Shown in pieces: positions 16,650 to 26,309 of a stretch of 64,000 nt of DNA. This DNA is from a virus (Duplodnaviria > Heunggongvirae > Uroviricota > Caudoviricetes). Below the pieces are notes generated by a model that did not search any database, was not told the DNA's origin, and worked only from the letters and a program-made list of their open reading frames with translations. Position 1 is the stretch's first letter; the number at the start of each line of letters is the position of its first letter. The stretch covers positions 130,432-194,431 of the IMG/VR virus record IMGVR_UViG_3300044878_000087; one strand, given 5' to 3'. Position numbers and translations under genes: made by a program.

Positions 16650-16943
16650 TTAAACATCTTTAGGCATTGGGTATACCTGGGTGGCAATCGATGCACAGTC
16701 ATAGACCATTTTACCGGTTTGATGATCCAGTACCCGTTCATCGCGTTCGCATTCGGCTTTGTAACGCAAACGTAGCTCGATGGTTCCTTCACGAACCATT
16801 CGCTTAGCCATGTCAATTGCAGGGCGTGGATCAGGCTGTGCTGCTTGATACTGCTGGATACCTAGAGCTGCGGTACCCAAGACAAAACAAGCCATGAAGA
16901 AAGCACCGGTGTTATTCAACATGTTCGGCTTTCCACTCAGCAA
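16650..16943 (-). CDS. hypothetical secreted or membrane protein (97 aa)
   Basis: ORF with a hydrophobic N-terminus. Confidence 0.45.
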   Translation of the reverse strand: MLSGKPNMLNNTGAFFMACFVLGTAALGIQQYQAAQPDPRPAIDMAKRMVREGTIELRLRYKAECERDERVLDHQTGKMVYDCASIATQVYPMPKDV

Positions 16944-17229
16944 ATTCTTTCAGTGGGTGTTGTGCTACGGAAGCATTGTAGCAGGCTTGCTCATCCAGTG
17001 GGGTCAGTTCAGCACCACTATGATTAACCGTCAGCTGTGCGATACAGTCAGCCCGCAGGTATTGGCGAGCAGCCATAGTCGGCTGGACTTCTTCTTGCAA
17101 CCACTGTGCGATCAGATGATCATCAGGATGTACCCGCAGGGCCTTGACGATCAAGCAAGTAGCCACGACCGCAACCAATGCGAACACAGCGAGTACTGGG
17201 ATAAACAGTTTTGCTCTGGGCTTCTTCAT
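16912..17229 (-). CDS. membrane-anchored protein (105 aa, MKKPRAKLFIPVLAVFALVAVV...)
   Basis: ORF with an N-terminal TM helix. Confidence 0.5.
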   Translation of the reverse strand: MKKPRAKLFIPVLAVFALVAVVATCLIVKALRVHPDDHLIAQWLQEEVQPTMAARQYLRADCIAQLTVNHSGAELTPLDEQACYNASVAQHPLKEFAEWKAEHVE

Positions 17230-17257
17230 TCTTAGTTTCTCATTAGACGAAATAAAT

Positions 17258-17275
17258 GCAGCCCCGAAGGGCTGC
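17258..17275 (-). terminator. hairpin GCAGCCC-UUCG-GGGCTGC followed by ATTTATTTCG
   Basis: located 3 nt after the stop of the 17278 gene. Confidence 0.45.
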
Positions 17276-17277
17276 GC

Positions 17278-17484
17278 TTATGCAACTTCTGTAAAATGCA
17301 ACACCGACATTGGTGGGCATTCTGGATTAGTGCCACGCATGTAGTAATAACCAGTCAAGTTCTCATGCGGTGCAACTACACGGAACTCATCGTTTGCACG
17401 GCCCAAAACAATATGCGAACGACCACGACGGGCACGGACAGCAATATCTTGTTTCAGACGAACGACTTGTCTTTTTTGCAGCAT
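17278..17484 (-). CDS. small hypothetical protein (68 aa)
   Basis: ORF. Confidence 0.4.
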   Translation of the reverse strand: MLQKRQVVRLKQDIAVRARRGRSHIVLGRANDEFRVVAPHENLTGYYYMRGTNPECPPMSVLHFTEVA

Positions 17485-17533
17485 TGGTATTACCTGTTAT
17501 CGGATTGAAGGGTCATCTAATAGACAACCCTAG

Positions 17534-18454
17534 TTATTCTTTCTCGAACATCTTTTTGACAGTGCTACGGAATTCGAGCCACTCGTCATCCCATACACCA
17601 GTACGAGCATCTGGCAGACGCCACATCTCATCATTATAATGCAGATCAGCATGACGCATTTCTTTCTTCCAGCCATTACGCATTTTGCGCAGTTCGGCTG
17701 CCATTGAGAAACGAACCACCCGGCCGTTCTCTTTGGTGTCATCGAAGCAGATACCTGGGCCCCCGTCCAACCGTACATTCAAAGCTTGTGCAGCTTCTAC
17801 CAAACGGTTCGTAACGTTATGCCAACGAATAGCACGTTGTTGGATATCCAGATAGGTATCCATCTGATAGTTCAAGCCACCAGGTGTGTGTGACATCCAC
17901 TCTGGGAACAACACCGTCATGTAGTGAATCCAATCCGGGTTGCTCGTTAGTTCCTTATATCGATCGAACATTTGTTCTTTCTTGATAGTTTTCGCAACAA
18001 CGTTACGTTCGGCTGGTGTTTTCTTCTCATACGTCAGAGATTGGTCACGGTTCCCTTTTGCCAGTAGGAATGCTTTCATTGCAACACGGAACTCTTCCCA
18101 GAGCTTGGTATCTTCTTTGCTTTCGCCAACGGACCATTCGTCTACAGCAGACCAGATCTTCATGCCGTCACAGAGCGCACGCCATTTCTTACGGTCCGTA
18201 CTGAACGTACCATGTTCGAGATAGCGTTGCAGTAACCCAACAGGTGTATAACGCACAGGCTTGCCCAATTGGCCAACATGTGATACACCAGTCATCTCAG
18301 CTATCATGAGGAATGACTTACATGCTTTATAGGTTTCTTCTACCCGTTCTTCTACAGAGCGAGTCAGGTCATAACTTACCCCAGTAGGAAAGAAGGACTG
18401 GAACCATGGCTGGGTTTTTGTCAGGAATGTTACGTGATTATTTTGCACAGTCAT
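17534..18454 (-). CDS. hypothetical protein (306 aa)
   Basis: long ORF. Confidence 0.6.
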   Translation of the reverse strand: MTVQNNHVTFLTKTQPWFQSFFPTGVSYDLTRSVEERVEETYKACKSFLMIAEMTGVSHVGQLGKPVRYTPVGLLQRYLEHGTFSTDRKKWRALCDGMKIWSAVDEWSVGESKEDTKLWEEFRVAMKAFLLAKGNRDQSLTYEKKTPAERNVVAKTIKKEQMFDRYKELTSNPDWIHYMTVLFPEWMSHTPGGLNYQMDTYLDIQQRAIRWHNVTNRLVEAAQALNVRLDGGPGICFDDTKENGRVVRFSMAAELRKMRNGWKKEMRHADLHYNDEMWRLPDARTGVWDDEWLEFRSTVKKMFEKE

Positions 18455-18804
18455 TACAGATAGCCTTTCAAAAATTCGATGATGGTATTAACAGATTCTT
18501 GGTTCACATTCTCGGGAGTAGGTTCCCGGTAATAAATAGGCATCTGCTTTTCTTTCAAGTACTCATTGATCATTGCAACATCGATCTTGCCTAAGTGCTT
18601 TACTCGAATGATATCTTCAACCGTTTCGCCTTTCTTGTTCAACGACGTATAGACCGTGATGATGTAGCCATGGTCTTTCACGCCATCAAACATATCCACT
18701 TGGGAAACGAATGTATTTTTGCTTGCCTTATACCACGGGACATAAGCCTTGCCTTGCATGATTACCCCTAGTACAGAATGCCATGGTTCATGAAATAAAC
18801 ACAC
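18454..18804 (-). CDS. hypothetical protein (116 aa)
   Basis: ORF, coupled. Confidence 0.5.
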   Translation of the reverse strand: MCLFHEPWHSVLGVIMQGKAYVPWYKASKNTFVSQVDMFDGVKDHGYIITVYTSLNKKGETVEDIIRVKHLGKIDVAMINEYLKEKQMPIYYREPTPENVNQESVNTIIEFLKGYL

Positions 18805-18962
18805 ACCGAGATCAGCGCCAGTGTGAACGCGGTGTATCCGAACGTTGCAGCCAACACCTTACCAGCCAAGTGGTTGTAGCGATGGTTAGTCAGCATCACA
18901 AGCCAGGTTATCCAGAACCCGAAGGTCATAAAGATCGACCCTATCGTAAAACCAGAAAGCAT
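18768..18962 (-). CDS. small membrane protein (64 aa)
   Basis: hydrophobic ORF. Confidence 0.4.
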   Translation of the reverse strand: MLSGFTIGSIFMTFGFWITWLVMLTNHRYNHLAGKVLAATFGYTAFTLALISVCVYFMNHGILY

Positions 18963-18983
18963 AAAACCCCCAAACGAAATAAG

Positions 18984-19001
18984 GCGAGCCCGAAGGCCCG
19001 C
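18984..19001 (-). terminator. hairpin GCGGGCC-UUCG-GGCTCGC followed by a U-rich tract
   Basis: after the stop of the 19005 gene. Confidence 0.45.
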
Positions 19002-19004
19002 TCT

Positions 19005-19394
19005 TTATGCAGCTTTAGCTTGACGATCTAGCAGATAGTTGTCACGCACAATGCGCCACTGATCTGCTAGATTAATTCGGTTGTAGTTCGACTTCAGATG
19101 CTTCAGGAAATCCTTCGATGGACGTGCAGCTAGTCCTTCGAGATCTTCCGGGTCCCAAGGATGACCGGTAACTGAGACTTGTGCAGCTTTACCCAGTTCC
19201 AGCATCTCCAGGGCTTTCTGCTCCAGGATAGCCTCGCCACGATGGCCAGGCATACCCGGAAACAGATCCAGGAACTTCGGCCATTGTTCCAGGATGTACT
19301 CTTTACGCAAACGCGCCAACTTTTGTTCTTTAGTTTCGACAACGGTCGATTGAATGGTTGTGTTACCCACGACTATATCCTTGTTTGATTGCAC
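19005..19394 (-). CDS. hypothetical protein (129 aa)
   Basis: ORF. Confidence 0.5.
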   Translation of the reverse strand: MQSNKDIVVGNTTIQSTVVETKEQKLARLRKEYILEQWPKFLDLFPGMPGHRGEAILEQKALEMLELGKAAQVSVTGHPWDPEDLEGLAARPSKDFLKHLKSNYNRINLADQWRIVRDNYLLDRQAKAA

Positions 19395-19815
19395 CTACGA
19401 ATGGTTCACCAGATAAATGGAAGTTCTGGCACACCATTGGCTTGAAACGTAGATTTAAACTGGCCCGCAGATCTACTTTGTATACGTTCAGGAAATGCGT
19501 ACCCGAACGATAACCTTCCGGGTGGTCGTTAGCATCGAGTGGATACCGCTCACCTAGCTTCCGCATCTCAGGGATAACGAAATCAACGATCCATTGGTTA
19601 TGGTCCATGTGATCGCCGAAGCGCGTGATGGTTGGCAAGCGAGCCCATTGGGCCAGTTCACTACCGCCACGCAAATCGAAATACCAACTATCGTTAGGAT
19701 CTTCAGAGTGATGGCCAAACAACATAAACGTCTTGTTGTCGGCTTTGCGGATTACTTCGACAACATAGAACGTTTCGTTAACCATTCTTTTGCTCCTTAG
19801 AGACAGACCAAACAA
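19363..19815 (-). CDS. hypothetical protein (150 aa)
   Basis: ORF. Confidence 0.5.
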   Translation of the reverse strand: MFGLSLRSKRMVNETFYVVEVIRKADNKTFMLFGHHSEDPNDSWYFDLRGGSELAQWARLPTITRFGDHMDHNQWIVDFVIPEMRKLGERYPLDANDHPEGYRSGTHFLNVYKVDLRASLNLRFKPMVCQNFHLSGEPFVGAIKQGYSRG

Positions 19816-20323
19816 TTTCGGCGTTGGTTACATTAGCATCTTTACCGATGTATTCAACCGACACAAAACCAGTCTTATCGATCTTCACATGTAGTAGATC
19901 AGAACGACAATGGATATCAGTCGTGGTCAAATTGGCCACATACTTAGGACGGCATTCATACAGCACACCAGCCTGAGTGGGAACACCTTCGTCAAGATCT
20001 TCAAGATCCACAAAGAATTCTTTGGTAATGCGGAAGATATCATGAGTAGCAAAACGTTCATTGATATCCAGGCATTCGACCATGCGACCAAAACCATCGC
20101 CATTGGTCAGGAATACTTTCTCCAGCGTGAACACACGTTTGTACTGGGTATCCCCTTTGCACCACCAGATGAAGATGCCCATCGTTGGGATGAGCCAGAG
20201 TGGTACCCACAAGCCTAATCGCAGAGCAACTTGACTACTGTCCGTGACCAGTACGTTCAGTACCAGGTTAAAGGAACACCAGTACCAAACGATCATTGCG
20301 ACTACAGCTATCAAACCACGCAT
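19778..20323 (-). CDS. membrane-anchored protein (181 aa)
   Basis: ORF with an N-terminal TM segment. Confidence 0.5.
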   Translation of the reverse strand: MRGLIAVVAMIVWYWCSFNLVLNVLVTDSSQVALRLGLWVPLWLIPTMGIFIWWCKGDTQYKRVFTLEKVFLTNGDGFGRMVECLDINERFATHDIFRITKEFFVDLEDLDEGVPTQAGVLYECRPKYVANLTTTDIHCRSDLLHVKIDKTGFVSVEYIGKDANVTNAEIVWSVSKEQKNG

Positions 20324-20333
20324 AACTTTCCCC

Positions 20334-20498
20334 TTAAACTGCCGAAGCAGTACCGATCAGAACAACAGTGGCGAAGACCATCAACAGAGCACTGTACTTA
20401 GTATTCTCGTGCTTTGGGCCATATTCCATTAATGTGCCTCCTGTGATACAGAATGCAACAGCGGTAAGAATACCAAACAGAACTGCAACGAAACCCAT
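20334..20498 (-). CDS. small membrane protein (54 aa, MGFVAVLFGILTAVAF...)
   Basis: RBS GGAG; below the track cutoff. Confidence 0.4.
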   Translation of the reverse strand: MGFVAVLFGILTAVAFCITGGTLMEYGPKHENTKYSALLMVFATVVLIGTASAV

Positions 20499-20525
20499 AG
20501 CTTACTCCATAAGACGACATAAAGA

Positions 20526-20541
20526 TGAGCCCGAAGGCTCA
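20526..20541 (-). terminator. hairpin TGAGCC-UUCG-GGCTCA (overlaps the stop of the 20539 gene) followed by CTTTATGTCGTCTTATGG
   Basis: family member. Confidence 0.4.
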
Positions 20542-20835
20542 CCCTGCAAAATCAAACTCGAACACAGCATCCGAGCTTTGGCGTGAAACGTTCCACAGCA
20601 TCACGTAGTATTCCCCAGCTGGTTGTTTCAGCTTCTTGAGGAACTTGGTGAGTTCAGCAGGCTCATTCACATAGCCTGATGCCATCATCATACCCACGTG
20701 ATAGTCTGCGGTATCAGCGATCGTATTGCTGGTGCCCTTAGGACACCACAACAACCGCTTAACCTTGGACGCTTCACATACTTGACCGATTGGGTCTTTA
20801 CCCGCCCGGTCACGACACACGCGGACTACGTGCAT
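20539..20835 (-). CDS. hypothetical protein (98 aa)
   Basis: ORF. Confidence 0.5.
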   Translation of the reverse strand: MHVVRVCRDRAGKDPIGQVCEASKVKRLLWCPKGTSNTIADTADYHVGMMMASGYVNEPAELTKFLKKLKQPAGEYYVMLWNVSRQSSDAVFEFDFAG

Positions 20836-21233
20836 TATTTCTGCCCGCGAGTGATGTCGAAACCTTCTTCACGGGTACGACGGGTGATGTCACCATTGAT
20901 AGCCAGGATAGCTTCATCTTTGGTGATGACCACGAAGTCGCCGATAGTGAACATCGAGTACTCGGCCAGAGTAGTCTGATCGATATTCTTACCGCTACGC
21001 AGGATCTTGATCAGATCACGCACGGTAGCGCCAGCATGTTGGTTACCCAGGCATGCTACAGCTTCCACCACTTTGCCTTCGAACTTGGCATCGTCTGGAG
21101 TCCGAAAGTGTTCATTGAACTCACTCGACTCTTCGTTGGAACTTACGGTGTAAGAACCGACGTTTACCTGCAAACGGTAATAGTGGGTCGATTGGTTGAA
21201 CAGCTTCAGATTCGTTGGTTGCAACTCAGACAT
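20835..21233 (-). CDS. hypothetical protein (132 aa)
   Basis: ORF, coupled. Confidence 0.5.
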   Translation of the reverse strand: MSELQPTNLKLFNQSTHYYRLQVNVGSYTVSSNEESSEFNEHFRTPDDAKFEGKVVEAVACLGNQHAGATVRDLIKILRSGKNIDQTTLAEYSMFTIGDFVVITKDEAILAINGDITRRTREEGFDITRGQK

Positions 21234-21594
21234 CTTTTACTTCCTTCTTGACGTAATACGGCAAACATGCCACAGGTTCATTTTCAAAGGTTTGAACGAT
21301 AAGCAAATTATATCTGCCAACCGGTACATTACAGACTGACGTACGGCCAATCTGTATCATTGCATCGCGAGCTTGTTGGTACTCCACGAAATAGACACGT
21401 TCAGTCTTTTCACCAAGCTTCACAAAATGGGCTTTACGTGTAGATTTAACCCGAGAGTAAACCTTACCGACAACGCGAGCATATTCATAAAGCGGATTAC
21501 TCGATTCATCCGCTAGTACGATGTAATACTTACGTCCCCAGTTTACGTTCCGCCGTTGGTCATCCCGGTAGTCCCACGGGCTCGACATACACAT
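21226..21594 (-). CDS. hypothetical protein (122 aa)
   Basis: ORF. Confidence 0.5.
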   Translation of the reverse strand: MCMSSPWDYRDDQRRNVNWGRKYYIVLADESSNPLYEYARVVGKVYSRVKSTRKAHFVKLGEKTERVYFVEYQQARDAMIQIGRTSVCNVPVGRYNLLIVQTFENEPVACLPYYVKKEVKDV

Positions 21595-21820
21595 AACCCT
21601 CAGGCATCTTTTCCATCATCGCTTCTGTTACTGGTGCATTGCGATATGGTTCACCATGAACACGAATACCGTAAGGTTCTTCTTTGGATGGGTCATACGA
21701 CATGATCCGAACCACGGTATCTTTAGGTGCATACAGGACTTGTCCCACACCTGGCTTGTTGATGAACACGTCCACATTTAACTGAACATATTCACAAACT
21801 CCGAATTTACGATCTACCAT
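21560..21820 (-). CDS. hypothetical protein (86 aa)
   Basis: ORF. Confidence 0.45.
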   Translation of the reverse strand: MVDRKFGVCEYVQLNVDVFINKPGVGQVLYAPKDTVVRIMSYDPSKEEPYGIRVHGEPYRNAPVTEAMMEKMPEGYVYVEPVGLPG

Positions 21821-21827
21821 TTTTACC

Positions 21828-22451
21828 TCAGTGCAGATATTTTGCCAAAGCTTGACGCGCTGGATGTTGATCGAATTCGACAGTAGCTCCGAATGGTTCT
21901 ACATCGAGTAGTACTTGCGGAACGTTGTTGTAACCTTCTTCGTTCGGCAAGCGACCTTGTTCATCTGGGAATACCAGTTGGATTACTTGAGCACTAGCTC
22001 GTTCGTCTTCAGTATAGAAAGCTGCGTGCTGCCAGCCTTGTCCAGCGAACCAACGATCTTTATCAATCCGACGAAGATGCAAACGATCAGTCGGTTTGAT
22101 TGGGGGCACAGTGGTATAGCCACGATGCTGCACTACGAAGGCGTAGTAGTCTTCGATATCGAGATCACCATCGACTGGTTCTTTATGCCACTCGAGGTAA
22201 GCCAACAAATTACCGATGGTTTCCCGAACGATCCCGAGTTGTTTATCGGTCAGGTTAACCCCCAGCACGATATCTGGTTGCCCATGACGAGCATTACCGA
22301 TCGTGGCCATTACCGGCGCCAGATCAGTATCACGACCGCTCTCGATGAATTCCCATTTGGCGTCACCCAGGTTCTCACGAATCTGTTCAACAGCCATCAG
22401 ACGAACTTCAGCAATACCAGCCTTACTGTGAAACTGGGTATACGACAGCAT
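21828..22451 (-). CDS. hypothetical protein (207 aa)
   Basis: ORF. Confidence 0.55.
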   Translation of the reverse strand: MLSYTQFHSKAGIAEVRLMAVEQIRENLGDAKWEFIESGRDTDLAPVMATIGNARHGQPDIVLGVNLTDKQLGIVRETIGNLLAYLEWHKEPVDGDLDIEDYYAFVVQHRGYTTVPPIKPTDRLHLRRIDKDRWFAGQGWQHAAFYTEDERASAQVIQLVFPDEQGRLPNEEGYNNVPQVLLDVEPFGATVEFDQHPARQALAKYLH

Positions 22452-22460
22452 TACATGTCC

Positions 22461-22838
22461 TCAGTTAGTCATATTTGATTCGCAACCGTGTTCTTTCATA
22501 CTACAGCGCAACCGTGCTTCTAATGCTTTTGCATCTTTGACAGACTTGGTAGGAAACTCCATGATCTTAATGTCAATAGCTTTTGGATCTCTTTCGGGAT
22601 CTACTAGGTATTGACTCAGGAATCTCTTATTTGGATGTCTGCCATTTTGAAACAGTTCGATTTGCTTATCCACTTCGGCGCTGACAGTACGCGAATGACC
22701 GATGATGCACCAACCAGTGTTGATGTGATCGATTATGTACGCACCGCTTGTTACCAGTTCAGCTCGTGCACCTCTACCAGCTCGGGTTGAGGACCACGTA
22801 TAAAACTTGTCATCTACTTTAAACATCACGCACTCCAA
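22461..22838 (-). CDS. hypothetical protein (125 aa)
   Basis: ORF. Confidence 0.5.
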   Translation of the reverse strand: MECVMFKVDDKFYTWSSTRAGRGARAELVTSGAYIIDHINTGWCIIGHSRTVSAEVDKQIELFQNGRHPNKRFLSQYLVDPERDPKAIDIKIMEFPTKSVKDAKALEARLRCSMKEHGCESNMTN

Positions 22839-22866
22839 TAATCACATTGGATTTAGGGTGCGAGTA

Positions 22867-23295
22867 TTACTTACCCACCAATACACCACGGCCAGACCAC
22901 AGTGCTTTAGCCCAGTCCAGGAAAGCAGTCACAAGTGGCACACTGGCCTCTAGACGCTCTTCTAACAGACGATCTGCATCAACAGCAGTGATGGGTTGAT
23001 CGATCGGTTGAATCGTCTCTGTTGCAGGCTGGAGAGCTTTCAAGTATTCGATCAGGCTCAGACGCATGTCCAGATAGATAATCCGGGTGCGACTACCTTT
23101 CGCTTCGAATGCCCACAGATACAGTTCTTCCAGATTCTTTACGGCAGGGAAGTCCTTAACGAATTCCTCGCGGTATGTGTCCAGGTCCAACAACTTGACC
23201 AACGTGGATTGACCCGCATTGGTTGGGATGTACGGATGTGGGATCAGATGTTTCTTGCAGACTTGACGAACGCGATCATTAAGAGCAGTAGCCAT
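22867..23295 (-). CDS. hypothetical protein (142 aa)
   Basis: ORF. Confidence 0.5.
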   Translation of the reverse strand: MATALNDRVRQVCKKHLIPHPYIPTNAGQSTLVKLLDLDTYREEFVKDFPAVKNLEELYLWAFEAKGSRTRIIYLDMRLSLIEYLKALQPATETIQPIDQPITAVDADRLLEERLEASVPLVTAFLDWAKALWSGRGVLVGK

Positions 23296-23506
23296 TTACT
23301 TGTTCCTTAGTAACGTAGAAATCGATTCCGTCTTTACCCTTGACGTTTAGGGTATTGCCGAGGTCTTCGATGAGTTCTAACTCATCACCTTTACTAGCGG
23401 CTGTTACGCCACCTTCAACTTCCCCGAAGGAAAGCTTGATGTCTTCTTTAGCTGTTAATGCCATCGACCCATACATCCTTACTGAAACCACGAGAAGCAC
23501 TGGCAC
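23279..23506 (-). CDS. small hypothetical protein (75 aa or shorter from an internal ATG)
   Basis: ORF; start uncertain. Confidence 0.4.
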   Translation of the reverse strand: MPVLLVVSVRMYGSMALTAKEDIKLSFGEVEGGVTAASKGDELELIEDLGNTLNVKGKDGIDFYVTKEQVNGYCS

Positions 23507-23792
23507 CGGATTTGGAGATCAGCATTTCGATTTCCGCATGGATGTCAGCGAGTTGGTAAATCAAATCAGCCCGACGCAAACGGTTAGCATCAGTACCAGC
23601 AGCCCGCTCAGCCTGGAATGCCATTTGGAACAGCATCTCGGCAGTTTGGCCAGCTGGTTGAATGCCCGTCTTGGAAAGGCAACGTACGACTTTCAGGTAA
23701 ACGATGCCGTGGATGTTCTTGTTCAGAAAATCCGTTTCCAGATCGTAACCGTAGGTCTGGCTGATGTAATCTTGAATGTTGTCAAATTCCAT
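23448..23792 (-). CDS. hypothetical protein (114 aa)
   Basis: ORF. Confidence 0.5.
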   Translation of the reverse strand: MEFDNIQDYISQTYGYDLETDFLNKNIHGIVYLKVVRCLSKTGIQPAGQTAEMLFQMAFQAERAAGTDANRLRRADLIYQLADIHAEIEMLISKSGASASRGFSKDVWVDGINS

Positions 23793-24076
23793 TATTTATA
23801 CTCGTTGAATGTATCGTCAAGGTCATGTGGGTTTACGGAGCCGACTTCACCGAAGTTGTCGACGTTAGTACAAACGAACATTTCGCCAGGGCGAAGATCG
23901 TCCGAATGTTCGATCTTGATCTGGTCCCCTTCATGGGCATACGGAATGTCGTGTTGGTTACCGTTACGATCGAGGATGGTAACGAAGATATCACGGGCTG
24001 CGGTCAGAACCATGCCCGGCTCTACCTTGGCCGCCGCAATTCCACACACAGCAAAGCGCAGTAGATTACCGATCAT
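23792..24076 (-). CDS. hypothetical protein (94 aa)
   Basis: RBS AGGAG. Confidence 0.5.
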   Translation of the reverse strand: MIGNLLRFAVCGIAAAKVEPGMVLTAARDIFVTILDRNGNQHDIPYAHEGDQIKIEHSDDLRPGEMFVCTNVDNFGEVGSVNPHDLDDTFNEYK

Positions 24077-24156
24077 GTTGATACTCCTAGATTGTCAATA
24101 ATGTCGCTCTCGTTACCAATCAGTAATGTAGAGCTGTAATTTTTTGCAACATAAAA

Positions 24157-24174
24157 GAGTCCCCGAAGGGACTC
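24157..24174 (-). terminator. hairpin GAGTCCC-UUCG-GGGACTC followed by TTTTATGTTGCAAAAAATTAC
   Basis: located 3 nt after the stop of the 24178 gene. Confidence 0.45.
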
Positions 24175-24177
24175 CAT

Positions 24178-24639
24178 TTAATCGAACTGTAGCTTCAAGC
24201 CTACGATCGGAGATTCACGATCAACATGGATCGTGCATTGACCATTCTTCGGGTCGAGTGTGAGATGGAAGCCCCAGCGTAGGCCAACCAGTTTGGTTAC
24301 GTGACCGATATCAATCTTGGCCACACCTTTACTTACATAAGCTGGATCTTGCAATACCACTGGTGCCATCCGCGTAACGGAATGGACCTGCAGGTTATCC
24401 CCTTTGTCGATATAAGCGATTGCTTTAATAGACATCGTTTTGCTACGACCATCGTTCTGGCACAGAGCGTACAGATCGATTGATTCTTCACCAGTTACTT
24501 TTACGAAACCGGTTTCAACAATATCACCACTCGGCAGACTTACCCGCTGAGGCATGGATTGCTGGTGTTGAACGAACAGCTGCGCATTGCTGTTTCGTTG
24601 GAATACTGGGAACTGCCCAGGACTGAGTTTTTCTGACAT
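24178..24639 (-). CDS. hypothetical protein (153 aa)
   Basis: ORF. Confidence 0.5.
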   Translation of the reverse strand: MSEKLSPGQFPVFQRNSNAQLFVQHQQSMPQRVSLPSGDIVETGFVKVTGEESIDLYALCQNDGRSKTMSIKAIAYIDKGDNLQVHSVTRMAPVVLQDPAYVSKGVAKIDIGHVTKLVGLRWGFHLTLDPKNGQCTIHVDRESPIVGLKLQFD

Positions 24640-24739
24640 GCTTTGTTCCTCACGAACGTTGACGTTACTACGATACCGAGTGCAGCTACAAGGCTTAGAA
24701 GAAACGTGATCTCGCCAAATGACGGACTGCTCACTTTTC

Positions 24740-25156
24740 TCACTGGGCTTTGCTCCACTTAAGCGATGCTATCGGCTTAGAAAGATTGGTCTGATCAAAC
24801 CGGACAATACGTTGTCCAACCAATCTGATTTGTAGCCGGAAGAACAGGATGTCTTCGGAGCTTCGTAGGATTGGGTTCAGCAATGCTGCTGACCCAGGAG
24901 TATGGTATCGTACAACACGATCCGTGATCGTTACATAGAAGTCATTCAACCCAGCGTTAAGCTTCTTACCGCCTTCTTCTGAGGTAAGCTTGTGGTTCTC
25001 AATAACTCGCTGATTACCATACAGCGTGGTAACGTCTACAGAATCGAAGTTCATTACCATTACAGGTTTGCTAACCCAATTAATCAGCCAATACACAGCT
25101 GCCATCGCCCCAAGTACAATCAGGGCCAATTTTGTTGCATCTACCTCAAACATCAT
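24740..25156 (-). CDS. membrane-anchored protein (138 aa)
   Basis: ORF with an N-terminal TM segment. Confidence 0.5.
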   Translation of the reverse strand: MMFEVDATKLALIVLGAMAAVYWLINWVSKPVMVMNFDSVDVTTLYGNQRVIENHKLTSEEGGKKLNAGLNDFYVTITDRVVRYHTPGSAALLNPILRSSEDILFFRLQIRLVGQRIVRFDQTNLSKPIASLKWSKAQ

Positions 25157-25425
25157 GCCTCCTCAACGTACGCCTTAGTTGCCTTTATCGTGTTCGCCAC
25201 AGAGTGACCTTTCGGGATCTCCAGTTCCGTGAGATCATCTCCCGTAGCTAGACTTCGTACGTTTTCCAACGTACCATCCAAACCGATATTAAACTCAACG
25301 GCCCCAGATGGGTGAATCCCAAGTGAGCGCCAGTTAACCAAATCCGAATCAATAATGAAGTGCCGCAATTTACCCAGAAACTCAGTAACCCACACATTGC
25401 CACATTTGATCAACTTGACGCTCAC
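25153..25425 (-). CDS. hypothetical protein (90 aa)
   Basis: ORF, coupled. Confidence 0.45.
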   Translation of the reverse strand: MSVKLIKCGNVWVTEFLGKLRHFIIDSDLVNWRSLGIHPSGAVEFNIGLDGTLENVRSLATGDDLTELEIPKGHSVANTIKATKAYVEEA

Positions 25426-25437
25426 AATCGCTGCTCC

Positions 25438-25869
25438 TTATGCTTCTTGTTTTGCCATTTCTGTACGCAACAGATCACCGATAGTGCGTGCTGGCTTTTT
25501 CTTCACTATAAGATCACCGAACTCAAGTTCTTTTGCCGTATCTGCTAACAACCGCAGATCAGCCAGAATTGTTTCGAACATCTGCTTACGACCAGTCACG
25601 ATAGAGATAGGGCCAGGTGCAGAACCGCCTTTCTCCAAAATGACCATCGCATTGATGTAATCATCGATCTCTTGTTGGATCATTTTGATGGTGTAACCAC
25701 TAGCCCAACGGAAACGCAGGTGCATGCCGCCAACCCGAGTTTCTGGAAAACGATCCAGGATAGTGCGGAAGTGTTCTTGTGGTACGAAGAAGCCCCAGCT
25801 ACGATACAGCGTGATAATGCTTTTGCGATCGGCCTTATCTGGGAAGCTATAGTTTTGCAGATCCATCAT
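25438..25869 (-). CDS. hypothetical protein (143 aa)
   Basis: ORF. Confidence 0.5.
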   Translation of the reverse strand: MMDLQNYSFPDKADRKSIITLYRSWGFFVPQEHFRTILDRFPETRVGGMHLRFRWASGYTIKMIQQEIDDYINAMVILEKGGSAPGPISIVTGRKQMFETILADLRLLADTAKELEFGDLIVKKKPARTIGDLLRTEMAKQEA

Positions 25870-26309
25870 TAGTCCTTAGGCAAGAATGCTTCGTAATGTT
25901 TCATCTTGTACAACATCGGTGTGAACATGCGACCGAACCGATGTGTGTAACGTTCGTTCTTCAAATCACGATTATCCATGAGCCACTTAAGTGCACGCTC
26001 TTGAATATCCTGGATATGCTTACCCATGACCAATACATGTGCCGTCTTGAATTGGTACTTGAGTGCCGAGTCCCAACGATTATCTTTAACGCACACAGCA
26101 ACTTCGAATACACCGTAACCACCGAACTTGTCGTACTGGCAGGTTTGCCAAGTCAAGTCTTCTGGTTCGATAATCAACAGATCCTGATAGCAGTATGATT
26201 CACGGATGCGAATATCGGACATCTCGGTTTTGCTTTCGATCTCATCTAAGTGGTATTCTTGTGAGATCACAAACTGCCGTAGATCACGCAGCTCCAACAT
26301 TAGCTTCAT
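25869..26309 (-). CDS. hypothetical protein (about 146 aa from MKLMLELRDL)
   Basis: RBS AAAGGA before the internal ATG; avoids the 164-bp overlap implied by the track start. Confidence 0.5.
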   Translation of the reverse strand: MKLMLELRDLRQFVISQEYHLDEIESKTEMSDIRIRESYCYQDLLIIEPEDLTWQTCQYDKFGGYGVFEVAVCVKDNRWDSALKYQFKTAHVLVMGKHIQDIQERALKWLMDNRDLKNERYTHRFGRMFTPMLYKMKHYEAFLPKD